Source: an uncultured delta proteobacterium (GTDB taxonomy: Bacteria; Bdellovibrionota; FAC87; UBA2466). From it: 64,000 bases of DNA. Position numbers and translations under genes: made by a program. The DNA is taken from positions 2,048,001 through 2,112,000 of the forward strand of contig CAVZSV010000004.1 of the NCBI GenBank assembly GCA_963778115.1, written 5' to 3'. Within the stretch, counting starts at the first letter, position 1; the number at the start of each line of letters is the position of its first letter. Below are positions 47,596 to 56,976 of this stretch, in pieces. Below the pieces are notes generated by a model. The model did no database searches. It was not told the origin of the DNA and was given only the letters and a program-made list of their open reading frames with translations.

Positions 47596-49026
47596 ATGAG
47601 TACAAAAAATTTCGATGCGGTGGTGATAGGCGCTGGACCTGGAGGTTACGTCTGTGCCATTCGATTGGCTCAACTAGGGAAGAAGACCGCGGTCATTGAA
47701 AAAGAAAATGTCGGAGGAGTTTGCCTGAATGTCGGCTGCATCCCGTCCAAAGCCCTGATCCACGCCTCAAAGACATTTTTTAATATCGAGCACGAGGCTC
47801 CCGAAATGGGGATTTCGGCGGGTACTCCTAAATGCGATGTCAGTAAGTTGCAGGCTTGGAAAAATGGAGTCGTTAAGCAATTGACCGGCGGAGTGGCTAC
47901 CGTCTTGAAAGCGAATGGAGTCGAGACGATCAAGGGTACTGCGGTTTTCAAAGATGCTAAGACGATCGAAGTAACGACCGCTACCGGAAAAGATACGGTT
48001 ACCGCATCCTCCTTTGTCATTGCGACCGGCTCACGAGTGGTACAGATTCCTATCCTACCGTTTAATGGAAAAAACATTCTCGACTCGACACAAGCGCTAG
48101 ATTTGTCTGCGGTTCCCAAAAAGATGATTGTCGTGGGCGGAGGATTCATTGGGCTCGAGATTGGAACGGCCTACGCGAAATTCGGAAGTGCGGTGACTGT
48201 GGTAGAAGCGCTGGATCAAATGCTTCCGACGGTCGAAAAGGAATTGGTAAACGTCGTTGAGAAGCGGCTTAAGACTTTGGGAGTTACGGTCTTGGTAAAC
48301 ACTAAGGCTTTAGGTCTTAAAGAAAAAGATCCCGCTAAAGCGAGTCTTTTGCACCTCGATGTCGATACCCAAGGGAAAACACAAACCCTCGAAGCGGATT
48401 GTATTTTGGTCTCCGTCGGACGACGACCCAACTCGGATAATCTCGGGTTGGAAAAAGCAGGCGTTAAGATAGACGCTAAAGGGAATATCCCTACTGATCA
48501 GCAGGGGCTTACGAATATCAAAGGCATTTATGCTATTGGGGATGTCACGGGCCCACCACAGCTTGCGCACCGAGCGATGATGGATGGTACGTTGGTTGCA
48601 GCGTCGATTGCGGGAGAGAAGTCGTTCAAAGACTACAAAACGGTTCCCTGGGCGGTATTTTGTGATCCGGAGATTGGAACCGCGGGCCTTACTGAGAAAG
48701 AGGCGCAGGATCGGGGAATCAAATACCAGGTCGGTAAATTTCCCTTTGCCGCCAACGGACGGGCGATTAGCACCAATGATACGGCGGGCTTTGTGAAAGT
48801 ATTAATCGCGGAAAAAGACGAAACGGTAATCGGAGTTCACATCGTGGGCCCCGAAGCCTCGAATTTGATCGCGGAAGCGGCGTTAGCGATAGAGATGGGA
48901 GCATGTGCGGAGGATATTGTGCGCACGATTCATACCCATCCCACACTGACGGAAACGTTCCCGGAAGCAATTGAGCAGGCGTTTTCGAAGGCGATTCATA
49001 TCTATAAACCGGTACGAAAGAGTTAA
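47596..49026 (+). CDS. lpdA: Dihydrolipoamide dehydrogenase E3
   Basis: GAGPGG, GGVCLNVGCIPSK, HPTLTE. Confidence 0.97.
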   Translation: MSTKNFDAVVIGAGPGGYVCAIRLAQLGKKTAVIEKENVGGVCLNVGCIPSKALIHASKTFFNIEHEAPEMGISAGTPKCDVSKLQAWKNGVVKQLTGGVATVLKANGVETIKGTAVFKDAKTIEVTTATGKDTVTASSFVIATGSRVVQIPILPFNGKNILDSTQALDLSAVPKKMIVVGGGFIGLEIGTAYAKFGSAVTVVEALDQMLPTVEKELVNVVEKRLKTLGVTVLVNTKALGLKEKDPAKASLLHLDVDTQGKTQTLEADCILVSVGRRPNSDNLGLEKAGVKIDAKGNIPTDQQGLTNIKGIYAIGDVTGPPQLAHRAMMDGTLVAASIAGEKSFKDYKTVPWAVFCDPEIGTAGLTEKEAQDRGIKYQVGKFPFAANGRAISTNDTAGFVKVLIAEKDETVIGVHIVGPEASNLIAEAALAIEMGACAEDIVRTIHTHPTLTETFPEAIEQAFSKAIHIYKPVRKS

Positions 49027-49028
49027 CC

Positions 49029-49716
49029 ATGCGTGCTCTGGACGACTTTCCTTCCTCTAAATTTGAAACGGTGACCGCCGGATTCGAATTAGTCGACGCG
49101 GGAGTGACTGACTACGTTCCGATGTACGAGACGCAAAAGGATCTTGTCGACAGACGTCGCTCGGGTCGAGCGAATTTCGATCATCTTATCTTTGTCGAGC
49201 ACCCTGAGGTCTATACTTACGGGAGAAAAAGTCAGGCTCCTTTCGCGGAGTTAGCCCCTCACCTTCCCCAATATGCGGTGGAGCGCGGGGGTGAAGTTAC
49301 CTATCATAATGTCGGCCAATTGGTGTGTTATCCTATACTTCTACTCCAAGAGAAGGAGCGCGATCTTCACCTGCACTTGAGGCGGCTAGAATCCACTTTA
49401 ATCGACGTTTTGAAGGATTTTGGTCTTGAGGGGGAGAGGCGCTCCGGAGCTACTGGGGTATGGATCTCCGGGAAGCAAAAGAAAATAGCTTCCATCGGGG
49501 TCGCTGTTTCCGGATGGGTGACCTACCATGGGTCGGCTCTCAATGTGGCCAATGATCTTAAAGGGTTTAGTCGGATCAATCCTTGTGGGTTTTCCAGTGA
49601 AGTGATGACTTCGATGGAAGTCGAAATGGGGGGGGGAGCCTCCGATGATGGTTGAAGTAAAAGAGTCGTTTCTCAGACATTTTTCTCGCCATTTTGGTAG
49701 GTATTTAGTGGTCTAA
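49029..49716 (+). CDS. lipB: Octanoyltransferase LipB; frameshifted at a G9 tract, so the annotated frame stops at 49655
   Basis: EHPEVYTYG, RGGEVTYH, KIASIG, HGSALN, INPCG; the C-terminal helix continues in another frame to TAA 49716. Confidence 0.88.
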
Positions 49717-49741
49717 TGATAAGCGGGAGGTTTAAAGGTCC

Positions 49742-50107
49742 ATGGAAAAAAAGCCAGAAAATCCAGCCGTAGGGAAAGCCGTCCGAAAGACCAAATCCCC
49801 TACGGTACTTGCCGTCATCGATCAAAAGGGCTGCACCGGTTGCCATGCCTGCATTCCTTTCTGTCCCGTCGACTGTATTGAAACGGTTCCCGGTCCCGAA
49901 CATCCCGATTTTATGCGCGTAGTGGAAGTGGATCTCGAGCGCTGCATCGGATGCAAGCTGTGCGCTAAGTATTGTCCCTGGGAAACGATCTTCATGGTCC
50001 CCAATGTCGAAGGGGAAGAAAAAGCCAAAGAGTGGACTGTCCGGTCCGTGCTCTACGAAGGTCTTGGAGAGACTGATTTAAAGAAGACCGGAAGCGAAGA
50101 TAAATAA
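49742..50107 (+). CDS. 2x[4Fe-4S] ferredoxin
   Basis: CTGCHACIPFCP and CIGCKLCAKYCP. Confidence 0.9.
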   Translation: MEKKPENPAVGKAVRKTKSPTVLAVIDQKGCTGCHACIPFCPVDCIETVPGPEHPDFMRVVEVDLERCIGCKLCAKYCPWETIFMVPNVEGEEKAKEWTVRSVLYEGLGETDLKKTGSEDK

Positions 50108-50171
50108 CCGCTGTCATTGCGAGCAGCGCAGCAGCCTATAGATCGTAATAATCACACCCGCCTTTAAGAGG

Positions 50172-51308
50172 CTAAATCCTCGTCAAAAACGCAGGATCCG
50201 AAAAAAGTGTCTCTGTCGTTTTTCTAAGCGCCTCATAGGCCGAGGGTTCTCTGCCGCATGCATAGCAACCCAGAAACTTCCCATTCCCTAGAGATTCGGC
50301 CCCCTCTCCAAGACTTCCCGAAATGACGACCGCACTTTTCTTTAATTTCGAGGCTCTAGAGAGGCATTCTTTGGGAGCTTTGCCGCCGAGAGTTTGTTTG
50401 TCCGTCCTCCCCTCCCCCGTGATCAAAAGGTCTGAGGACTTGAGGTATTTATCGAAGTCCACTTCGTCTAGCAGAAAACCCGCGCCATGAAAAAGTTCAG
50501 CGGAAAGAAAACCGCGGAAAGCAGCTCCCAATCCACCCGCCGAACCGGTCATGGGCTCCTGGGCGATAGAACGTTTCGACGTTCGGTAGACGATTTCAGC
50601 GAACTTATCCATTCCCGCGGCGAGGGATTTCACTTCATCCGGGGTAGCCCCTTTCTGAGGCGCAAATACGACAGCACTTCCTTCAGAACCACATAAGGGG
50701 TTTTTCACGTCGCAAAGGATCACCAAGCGAACTCCGGGTAGCGGAAAATTCTGGGGCGGCTGAATATTCTCTAGTCGGCTAAGGCCCTCTCCGTCTGCGG
50801 ATACCGGTTTGTTATTGCGATCGGTCGGGGTAAATCCAAGCGAGCAAAGCATTCCCAGACCCGCATCTGAAATCGCGGAGTCTCCCAGACCCACGTAAAT
50901 TTCCTTAAGCCCCTTTTGATGCCAGCGTTTGTGGCAGGCCAAGAGAAGTTGTCCTAGCCCGCGGCTAGTTGCTTTCATCACATTACGTTCCGCTGCGGTA
51001 ACTAGTGAATGGCCGCAGACATCAGGCGAATCGATAAAAACTTTCTCAGGATTTAGATTGTCGGGATAACCCAGAACCGACGCTATCGCAGGCGCCCCTA
51101 ACGGACCCGTGGCGGTAAACGACTCCATCTGCCCTTTCCACTTCGATTGCATCGTATCGCGGCTACCGCGACCGCCGTCGCCGACAGGAATTTGATGGTA
51201 GGGGATACCTAGACTAGCGAGAGCTTCCGCTACCGCGGCACAGGCTTCGCGGTTGGAGAGACTGCCCTTGAAGGCATTCATCGCGATAAGAGTGCGGGGG
51301 CGTTTCAT
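50172..51308 (-). CDS. Glycerate kinase (GlxK/GarK family)
   Basis: FKGSL, DGG.G, CDVKNPLCG, FAPQKGA, AGGLG, TGEG..D.QT..GK. Confidence 0.9.
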   Translation of the reverse strand: MKRPRTLIAMNAFKGSLSNREACAAVAEALASLGIPYHQIPVGDGGRGSRDTMQSKWKGQMESFTATGPLGAPAIASVLGYPDNLNPEKVFIDSPDVCGHSLVTAAERNVMKATSRGLGQLLLACHKRWHQKGLKEIYVGLGDSAISDAGLGMLCSLGFTPTDRNNKPVSADGEGLSRLENIQPPQNFPLPGVRLVILCDVKNPLCGSEGSAVVFAPQKGATPDEVKSLAAGMDKFAEIVYRTSKRSIAQEPMTGSAGGLGAAFRGFLSAELFHGAGFLLDEVDFDKYLKSSDLLITGEGRTDKQTLGGKAPKECLSRASKLKKSAVVISGSLGEGAESLGNGKFLGCYACGREPSAYEALRKTTETLFSDPAFLTRI

Positions 51309-51362
51309 AAATCGCCCAATCCTAGTTAGTTTCTGTCGCGAAACAACCAATAGCGACAGAAT

Positions 51363-51599
51363 TCAAATAACGTGATCATTTCCGATCGCTTCTACCGGGC
51401 AAGCAGACATGGCTTCTTCACACTGCTGCTCCTCGGTGGCATTTTCAGGTTGTTTGTAAACGATGTCATGATCGCCAGAGGAAGCCTCTTTGAAGTTATT
51501 GGGCGCCGCTTCCGAGCATACGCTACAAAGGATACATTTCTTGTCGACGTACCATTTGCCGGTGACGTTATCTTCGTAAATTTGCTGTTTGTCGCCCAT
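51363..51599 (-). CDS. Single-cluster ferredoxin
   Basis: NVTGKWYVD..CILCSVC...AP..F...CPVEAIG. Confidence 0.9.
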   Translation of the reverse strand: MGDKQQIYEDNVTGKWYVDKKCILCSVCSEAAPNNFKEASSGDHDIVYKQPENATEEQQCEEAMSACPVEAIGNDHVI

Positions 51600-51723
51600 C
51601 GTCTTGAGTCTGGTTGATTCTGGCTAGTTCTGGCCAAATTTGTTCGATCCTTGAACCGATCACAGTGATTATCACACCTTTTTCGCTAGGGCTATTCTTT
51701 GATACCTAGCGGATTACCAGCAG

Positions 51724-52602
51724 TTAGGCACTGGCGCGAGGCGAAGGTGCGGATTTTGCCAATGATTTCGAGGGCTCTTTTGCCGAAACCTTCTTTCTAG
51801 CTGGTTTCGCTTTTTTGGCCTCCACGAAAGAAAATTGGCTCAGCAGGCCCGCTTTTTGGAGCCTACCCTTTTGACCTTCGATGTAGCGGGACTGATTTTC
51901 GATAAGAAGGGAATACCGGTCATTCTTCTGTGCGACAACTCCGGTCGTTCCTACGCCCGCGAAAGGATCTAAGATCCAATCTCCGCGTTTGCTAAAAAGC
52001 AGAATAAGACGCTCAATGAGAGCTTCGGGTTTCTGACTGGGGTGGCCTGCTACTCTTTCCGATCGGGGAGTGACCGGGAAGTGCCAATTGTTTCTTAATT
52101 GCTTTCCTTCATTTAAGGTCTTGGCCTGGGCATAGTTAAAAGTCCACTGGGTGGCTTTGTCTCGCGTCCCATTACACGCCCAGATAATTTGTTCGGTGCT
52201 TTCGGTCAAAGTTCGACAAGTGATGTTGGGTTGTGCGTTCGGCTTCATCCAGATGATGCTATTGAGTACTCTGCGATCGAGCTGTTGCAACAGCACACCC
52301 AGCGTATAAATGTTATGGTACGACCCAAATACCAATAGATTTCCATTTGGTTTAAGGATTCGGCACATTTCCGACATCCATGCGCGTGAGAACTGGACAT
52401 AATCCTCTTCGGAGAAGCGGTCCCAGTTTTCTTGCATGGTGACATGTCGCGAGAACGCCCAGGAGAGCCCCCGCTTCTTACTCATATTGTACGGCGGATC
52501 GGCGATACAAAGGTCGAAGCTCTTATCTGGTATTTGGGAAAGCACTTCGAACGCATCTCCCAATACACTGGTAGATTTCTTAAGGCGTAGCATTTTTGGC
52601 AC
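51724..52602 (-). CDS. Orphan N6-A/N4-C DNA methyltransferase, beta class (DpnA/CcrM-like)
   Basis: DPPY precedes HPSQKP and DPFAGVGTT; no adjacent endonuclease. Confidence 0.9.
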   Translation of the reverse strand: MPKMLRLKKSTSVLGDAFEVLSQIPDKSFDLCIADPPYNMSKKRGLSWAFSRHVTMQENWDRFSEEDYVQFSRAWMSEMCRILKPNGNLLVFGSYHNIYTLGVLLQQLDRRVLNSIIWMKPNAQPNITCRTLTESTEQIIWACNGTRDKATQWTFNYAQAKTLNEGKQLRNNWHFPVTPRSERVAGHPSQKPEALIERLILLFSKRGDWILDPFAGVGTTGVVAQKNDRYSLLIENQSRYIEGQKGRLQKAGLLSQFSFVEAKKAKPARKKVSAKEPSKSLAKSAPSPRASA

Positions 52603-52633
52603 AGTCGAAATCCTATCGTAAAAGGGTTTTGCT

Positions 52634-53329
52634 TTACAGCGAAAGATTTACGCTAAGCTGCGGCGCAAACACAAGACTCACTCCCAAGATACCAAACTTG
52701 GGTTCGAATCCGAAGGCGAGTTCACTGGTCGCTTGATACAGAATCCCAGGTCTTAACAACGCTTCGAGATATAGCGTGCTGGGATTGCCCGCCGGAGTCT
52801 TAGCGACATAGACGTAAGGACCTGCCGAGAGTCCGATGAAAGGTTGGATCTCTTTGATAATAACGCTAGGGAACTGGTAGACAACGGAAGCAAGCATCTG
52901 TAACCCGACGGCGGAAAGGTTTGCTCCGGGAATGCTATCGAAGGTCCAGGAATTGATCCCGAAATCGATGCCAACCCATATGGAGTCATAATTAGCAAGT
53001 CGGGTCATTGCGGTCATATTCATGGCGTAACCGACCGAGCCGCTATTGGTGGTACTTGCTAAATCTCCTCCATAGACCACCATTCCAGGGCCAGCTGAAA
53101 ATCTCCAGTCTTTTATCTCACCAGATCGGTGAAGTGTTAGGGTCTCGGAATTACTTTCGGAAGAGGTCATTCCAACAGCCGGTCGGGCCAGGGGCGGCTC
53201 AGAGAGGGGTCTTACAATTAAAGCTGGAGGAGTGTCGGTTGTCGTTGTGTTGGAATTCGAAGTTCCCGCGGCCAATGCCGTGAGCGAACTCAGAGCTAGA
53301 ATTAAATTGACCCATAAAAGACGTCTCAT
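52634..53329 (-). CDS. Putative small outer-membrane beta-barrel protein
   Basis: Signal peptide, amphipathic strands (PFIGLSAG, FEPKFG), ends in a beta-strand. Confidence 0.6.
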   Translation of the reverse strand: MRRLLWVNLILALSSLTALAAGTSNSNTTTTDTPPALIVRPLSEPPLARPAVGMTSSESNSETLTLHRSGEIKDWRFSAGPGMVVYGGDLASTTNSGSVGYAMNMTAMTRLANYDSIWVGIDFGINSWTFDSIPGANLSAVGLQMLASVVYQFPSVIIKEIQPFIGLSAGPYVYVAKTPAGNPSTLYLEALLRPGILYQATSELAFGFEPKFGILGVSLVFAPQLSVNLSL

Positions 53330-53368
53330 GATGATTTCCCCTTCTCAATGCGGTCTTCTAATTAAAAA

Positions 53369-54265
53369 CTAATGTACGCGAATGGGTTGACCGGTAGCGG
53401 TAGTGATCTTCGGAAAATACAAGTAGTCGCGAGTAACCCCAAAGCCTTCGTAGGCCCGCTCAATATTTTCAAAAACCTCTTCCAGAAGTGCTCTGCGGTC
53501 TAAACCCACGATCTGAGCATCTTGTTCTAACGTCATCGCCCACTGAGTCGTCAATTTCATGATGAAGAACTGGGAGGCTTTCACATACGTACGGCCCAAC
53601 ATCGACAAACGGTCCAACATGTCGGGTAAAACGATATGAAGGAAATGCAGATGGCGGCTCTCATCGATAAGCAGGTTCTTGCACATCTCTGCTCCCATCG
53701 GGTCAAGATTGGCGCGCTGAGCTCGACGCAAAAACACGGAAGCGAAATTTTCCGAGAAGAGAGTGGAAAAGAGCCAATTCTCAACTCGATAAAATCCCAT
53801 GGAAGCTATCTGACCCAGCACATGGTATTTCCAGTCGTACTTGGGCGGCCCGCCTAGTTTTCTAAGATAGTTCTCTACTGAAAAGACGTGACGAGCTTCA
53901 TCAAAGCATTGGGCTGAAAGATAGTACGTGGTCTCTTCACTTTTTAATTTACTCGCTGCTTTGGGCATCATGTTGGCGATTACATTCAGCCCCATCTTTT
54001 CCAAAGTATAAAAGATGGTCATGAGCTTTATCCAAACCCGACGACTCTCCTCATCCATCTCTATTTCGGGCGCAAAGTTGATGCGCTTGGGAGCAAACCA
54101 TTGTTGCATGGAGGCTTGAAGATACAAGCGCCGGATCTTTTGATCGTTTACCAAGGCTCGGTGGCTGGTAATGGGCTGTAAAAGCTCTTGAATGGCGGGA
54201 ACGTCGGAAAGAGAGAAGCTAGTGGTTTCCTTCTGGATTTTCCCTGCCTGAATTTCTTGATCCAT
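53369..54265 (-). CDS. Ferritin-like diiron-carboxylate protein
   Basis: Paired E...DEARH and E...DESRH ligand motifs. Confidence 0.8.
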   Translation of the reverse strand: MDQEIQAGKIQKETTSFSLSDVPAIQELLQPITSHRALVNDQKIRRLYLQASMQQWFAPKRINFAPEIEMDEESRRVWIKLMTIFYTLEKMGLNVIANMMPKAASKLKSEETTYYLSAQCFDEARHVFSVENYLRKLGGPPKYDWKYHVLGQIASMGFYRVENWLFSTLFSENFASVFLRRAQRANLDPMGAEMCKNLLIDESRHLHFLHIVLPDMLDRLSMLGRTYVKASQFFIMKLTTQWAMTLEQDAQIVGLDRRALLEEVFENIERAYEGFGVTRDYLYFPKITTATGQPIRVH

Positions 54266-54390
54266 CTGCAGTAGCTAAACATAACAGGCAGGAAAATCAA
54301 GTTCTACGTGGGGTTAGACGCGGGCAAAATGGCCTGCAAAAGGCCTCAAAATCAGGGGGGCTGGCATTCTGGGAGAGCGCGGTCAGTTGA

Positions 54391-54855
54391 TTAAAGAACC
54401 TCTTTGGAGTCCAACCAGACAGTGACCGGCCCATCATTGACCAGTTCGACTGCCAGATCGCTACCAAAGACTCCGTTTTTTACGAGTTCGGGACCGCACA
54501 TGCGGCTAAACGTGTTCACGAAGTGCTCGTAATACTCTTTTGCTCGAGTTTTGGGGGCGGCACCGTCGAAAGAGGGGCGGTTGCCGTATTTGCACTCGGC
54601 GTAGAGGGTAAACTGGGATACCAGCAGGTACTGGGCATTCACTTCAGGCCCCCCCAGGTTCATCTTGCCTTGAACATCGGAAAAGATTCTTAGGTTTCGG
54701 ATCTTCTGCGCCATTTGATCGATGGAAACAGGGCTATCACCCTCTTCAAATCCGACGAGTACCACTACGCCTTTTCCGATCGAAGCGATGACACGGTTTG
54801 GCATTTGGGTATCGGATATCTGTGCACGGGTGACGCGTTGAATGAGAGCTCTCAT
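54391..54855 (-). CDS. dtd: D-aminoacyl-tRNA deacylase
   Basis: MRALIQRV, LRIF.D..GKMN, SQFTL, NDGPVT. Confidence 0.95.
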   Translation of the reverse strand: MRALIQRVTRAQISDTQMPNRVIASIGKGVVVLVGFEEGDSPVSIDQMAQKIRNLRIFSDVQGKMNLGGPEVNAQYLLVSQFTLYAECKYGNRPSFDGAAPKTRAKEYYEHFVNTFSRMCGPELVKNGVFGSDLAVELVNDGPVTVWLDSKEVL

Positions 54856-55075
54856 GGCGTTTTCCTTGGGTTTTGTGCCGTATACCAAACACGGCAAAAG
54901 ACTGTAAAAGAAGCTTACAACTCCTATTTTAGGCCTGCGCAAGACAAATTCCCTAGTGGTTTCTTTGTTCTAAGAAACAGTGCGCCAAACATTGCCTACT
55001 TTTCAGACAATTTTTATACGCTAGCCACTTTTAGTCTACGACCCCACTAACAGTGATCCCTGCCCAGACGCATTT

Positions 55076-55091
55076 TGGAATAGCGCTTGCA
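55076..55091 (+). promoter_or_regulatory. Putative sigma-54 (-24/-12) promoter
   Basis: TGGAATAGCGCTTGCA: GG-N10-GC spacing with TTGCA; upstream of the 55274 ORF. Confidence 0.5.
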
Positions 55092-55273
55092 CAGTGAGAA
55101 GACCTAAGGGTCCCGTCTATTTTGCGGGATGAAGTTCGCTAGTAAGTGAGCTTCTAAAAAAAGGAGGCTTGTAGCCATCGAAGGGCCATATCGGTCCTGA
55201 AGAAGCCACAAGTTGTTGTGTTCTAGTTGCTGTTGGCTCGAGGGAGCTATTGCAGTTGAAAGCGGGGTTGTCG

Positions 55274-56911
55274 ATGAATCGCAGGTTGAACGTGAGTTTA
55301 AAAATAATTGCTCTAATACTAACCTTATGCGTATCCGGCGTTTACGCCACATCCGACCATGACAAGGATGGGAAGACTCTTGAAGAGTGGCAGAAGCACG
55401 CTATCGACGCCAAACACTCTTCTTATCAAGAGTTAGAAGCTTCGATTGATACGGTACTAAAGACCGACGACGCGGATGCCAAGAAAAAGCATGAAGCGAT
55501 CAAAACCCTGGTCCATCTTGCTGGTGTTCTACGGTCCGAACAGACCGCTAAGTGCGATGCCGATCCCTCAGCAGATAAATTAGGAGATCTCATCGACTCT
55601 TGCATCGCGGTCGGCGGAGTTAAAAAACTTTTCGAGGAAGACCATAACGCGGATGCGGAAGTGCTGCAGGTTTGCGGCGAGGAGATTCTAGCGGTGCTAG
55701 AGCATCGGACAAGCTCCTTGGAAAAACATTTCGCCGAGGCCGTGAAAAAGGGTTTCGCCGCGGCTTTAGGACAAGACGATTTTAAAACCGTTGGAGCCGA
55801 TCGCAAGAAATTGGGGGATGTCTCGAAATACATCTCCACCATCGGTGCTCGTGCTAAGGAATTAGCAGTCGATGCCAAACAGAAAAAGAAGCTTTGTGAT
55901 TTAGATGGCTCTGGTTCTAGCTCTGACAGTGCTCAAACCGAACGCCGCGGTAGAAGAGATAGAGACGATGCCGAAGAGGAAGATTCAAGTTCCGGCAAAA
56001 AAGACAAAGGTGCCAAGAGCGACGACAAAGCGGCAAGCGATGATGATTTGGCCAAAAAGCCCGCTACCCAGACGAAACCGGTTCCTAGAACGGGTCCGAC
56101 GGATGCTGGCGCAACGGATAAAGCCGCGGGAGCTGCCGGAGCGCAAGCTCAAGGTGCCGCAGCGGGACAGCCGGTTCCTCAACCTGTCTTTGGTGGTCAG
56201 GGAAGTTTCGATCCTTCAGCTCTGGGAGCACAGAACAATGGTGCTGATTTAGCGTCATTGCTACCCTTGCTGAATGCGCAAAACGATCGACCCCAGGTAA
56301 TTAATCCTCAGCCGAACGTCTCGAAAGGGGGAGATACTCCAGCGACACCCCCTTCGATTCCTCCGATGATTCCTCCGACGCCGCAAAATCAAGGCGGCCC
56401 GCAGGGAGGACCGGATCCCAGTCAAATGGGCGGTGGCCCTCAACAGCAGCCGGGAATAAATCCTGCGATGCTAGGAATGGGACAACAACAACCCCAGCAG
56501 CAGAATAATGCGGCTGCGGATTGGCAGAAGCAGTACCAACAGGATCAGAAGTTTGCGGATTTACAAAATCAGATAAAAGACGCCAAGGGTGCCTCGACCG
56601 ACGTCGATACCGCGGCTAAAAACGCAGCGAAAGATGCGGTTAGCTCTCTGATGGGATCTATGCCGATGATGGGTGGCATGGGTGGTGGTCAAGGTAATCC
56701 GAATATGCAGATGGCGCAGGCCAACAACCAAAGTGCCAGCACCGTCGGTAGCATGTTAGGTGGTGCCGCAGGACGCATGATGGGAGCTGCGAGTAACGCC
56801 TTTGCTCGAGGGGCTAATGCCGTGACCCGAATGGTAAGACGCTCCTTCCGAGGAACCGGAATCTCCAACACGGGAATTCGCGGCGCTCCTGAAGGTAATG
56901 TTCGCCAGTAA
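55274..56911 (+). CDS. Hypothetical secreted protein with Q/G/M/P-rich low-complexity C-terminal half
   Basis: Signal peptide ending SGVYA, long ORF, followed by its own terminator. Confidence 0.75.
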   Translation: MNRRLNVSLKIIALILTLCVSGVYATSDHDKDGKTLEEWQKHAIDAKHSSYQELEASIDTVLKTDDADAKKKHEAIKTLVHLAGVLRSEQTAKCDADPSADKLGDLIDSCIAVGGVKKLFEEDHNADAEVLQVCGEEILAVLEHRTSSLEKHFAEAVKKGFAAALGQDDFKTVGADRKKLGDVSKYISTIGARAKELAVDAKQKKKLCDLDGSGSSSDSAQTERRGRRDRDDAEEEDSSSGKKDKGAKSDDKAASDDDLAKKPATQTKPVPRTGPTDAGATDKAAGAAGAQAQGAAAGQPVPQPVFGGQGSFDPSALGAQNNGADLASLLPLLNAQNDRPQVINPQPNVSKGGDTPATPPSIPPMIPPTPQNQGGPQGGPDPSQMGGGPQQQPGINPAMLGMGQQQPQQQNNAAADWQKQYQQDQKFADLQNQIKDAKGASTDVDTAAKNAAKDAVSSLMGSMPMMGGMGGGQGNPNMQMAQANNQSASTVGSMLGGAAGRMMGAASNAFARGANAVTRMVRRSFRGTGISNTGIRGAPEGNVRQ

Positions 56912-56938
56912 CCTTACTTAGTAAGTTTAAAGCCTTTG

Positions 56939-56976
56939 GGCCTTAGCGGAGACTCTTCGCTAAGGCCTTTTTTTTT
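56939..56976 (+). terminator. Intrinsic terminator
   Basis: GGCCTTAGCG-N9-CGCTAAGGCC followed by T9. Confidence 0.88.

Noticed and set aside
54300..54315. GTTCTACGTGGGG as a fourth parS
   Set aside because: Too many mismatches; the right arm is not palindromic
55255..55280. AGCGGGGTTGTCGATG resembles the 3' end of a c-di-GMP-I riboswitch
   Set aside because: The required upstream GGCAAA..GAAA..GACGCAAAG core is not visible
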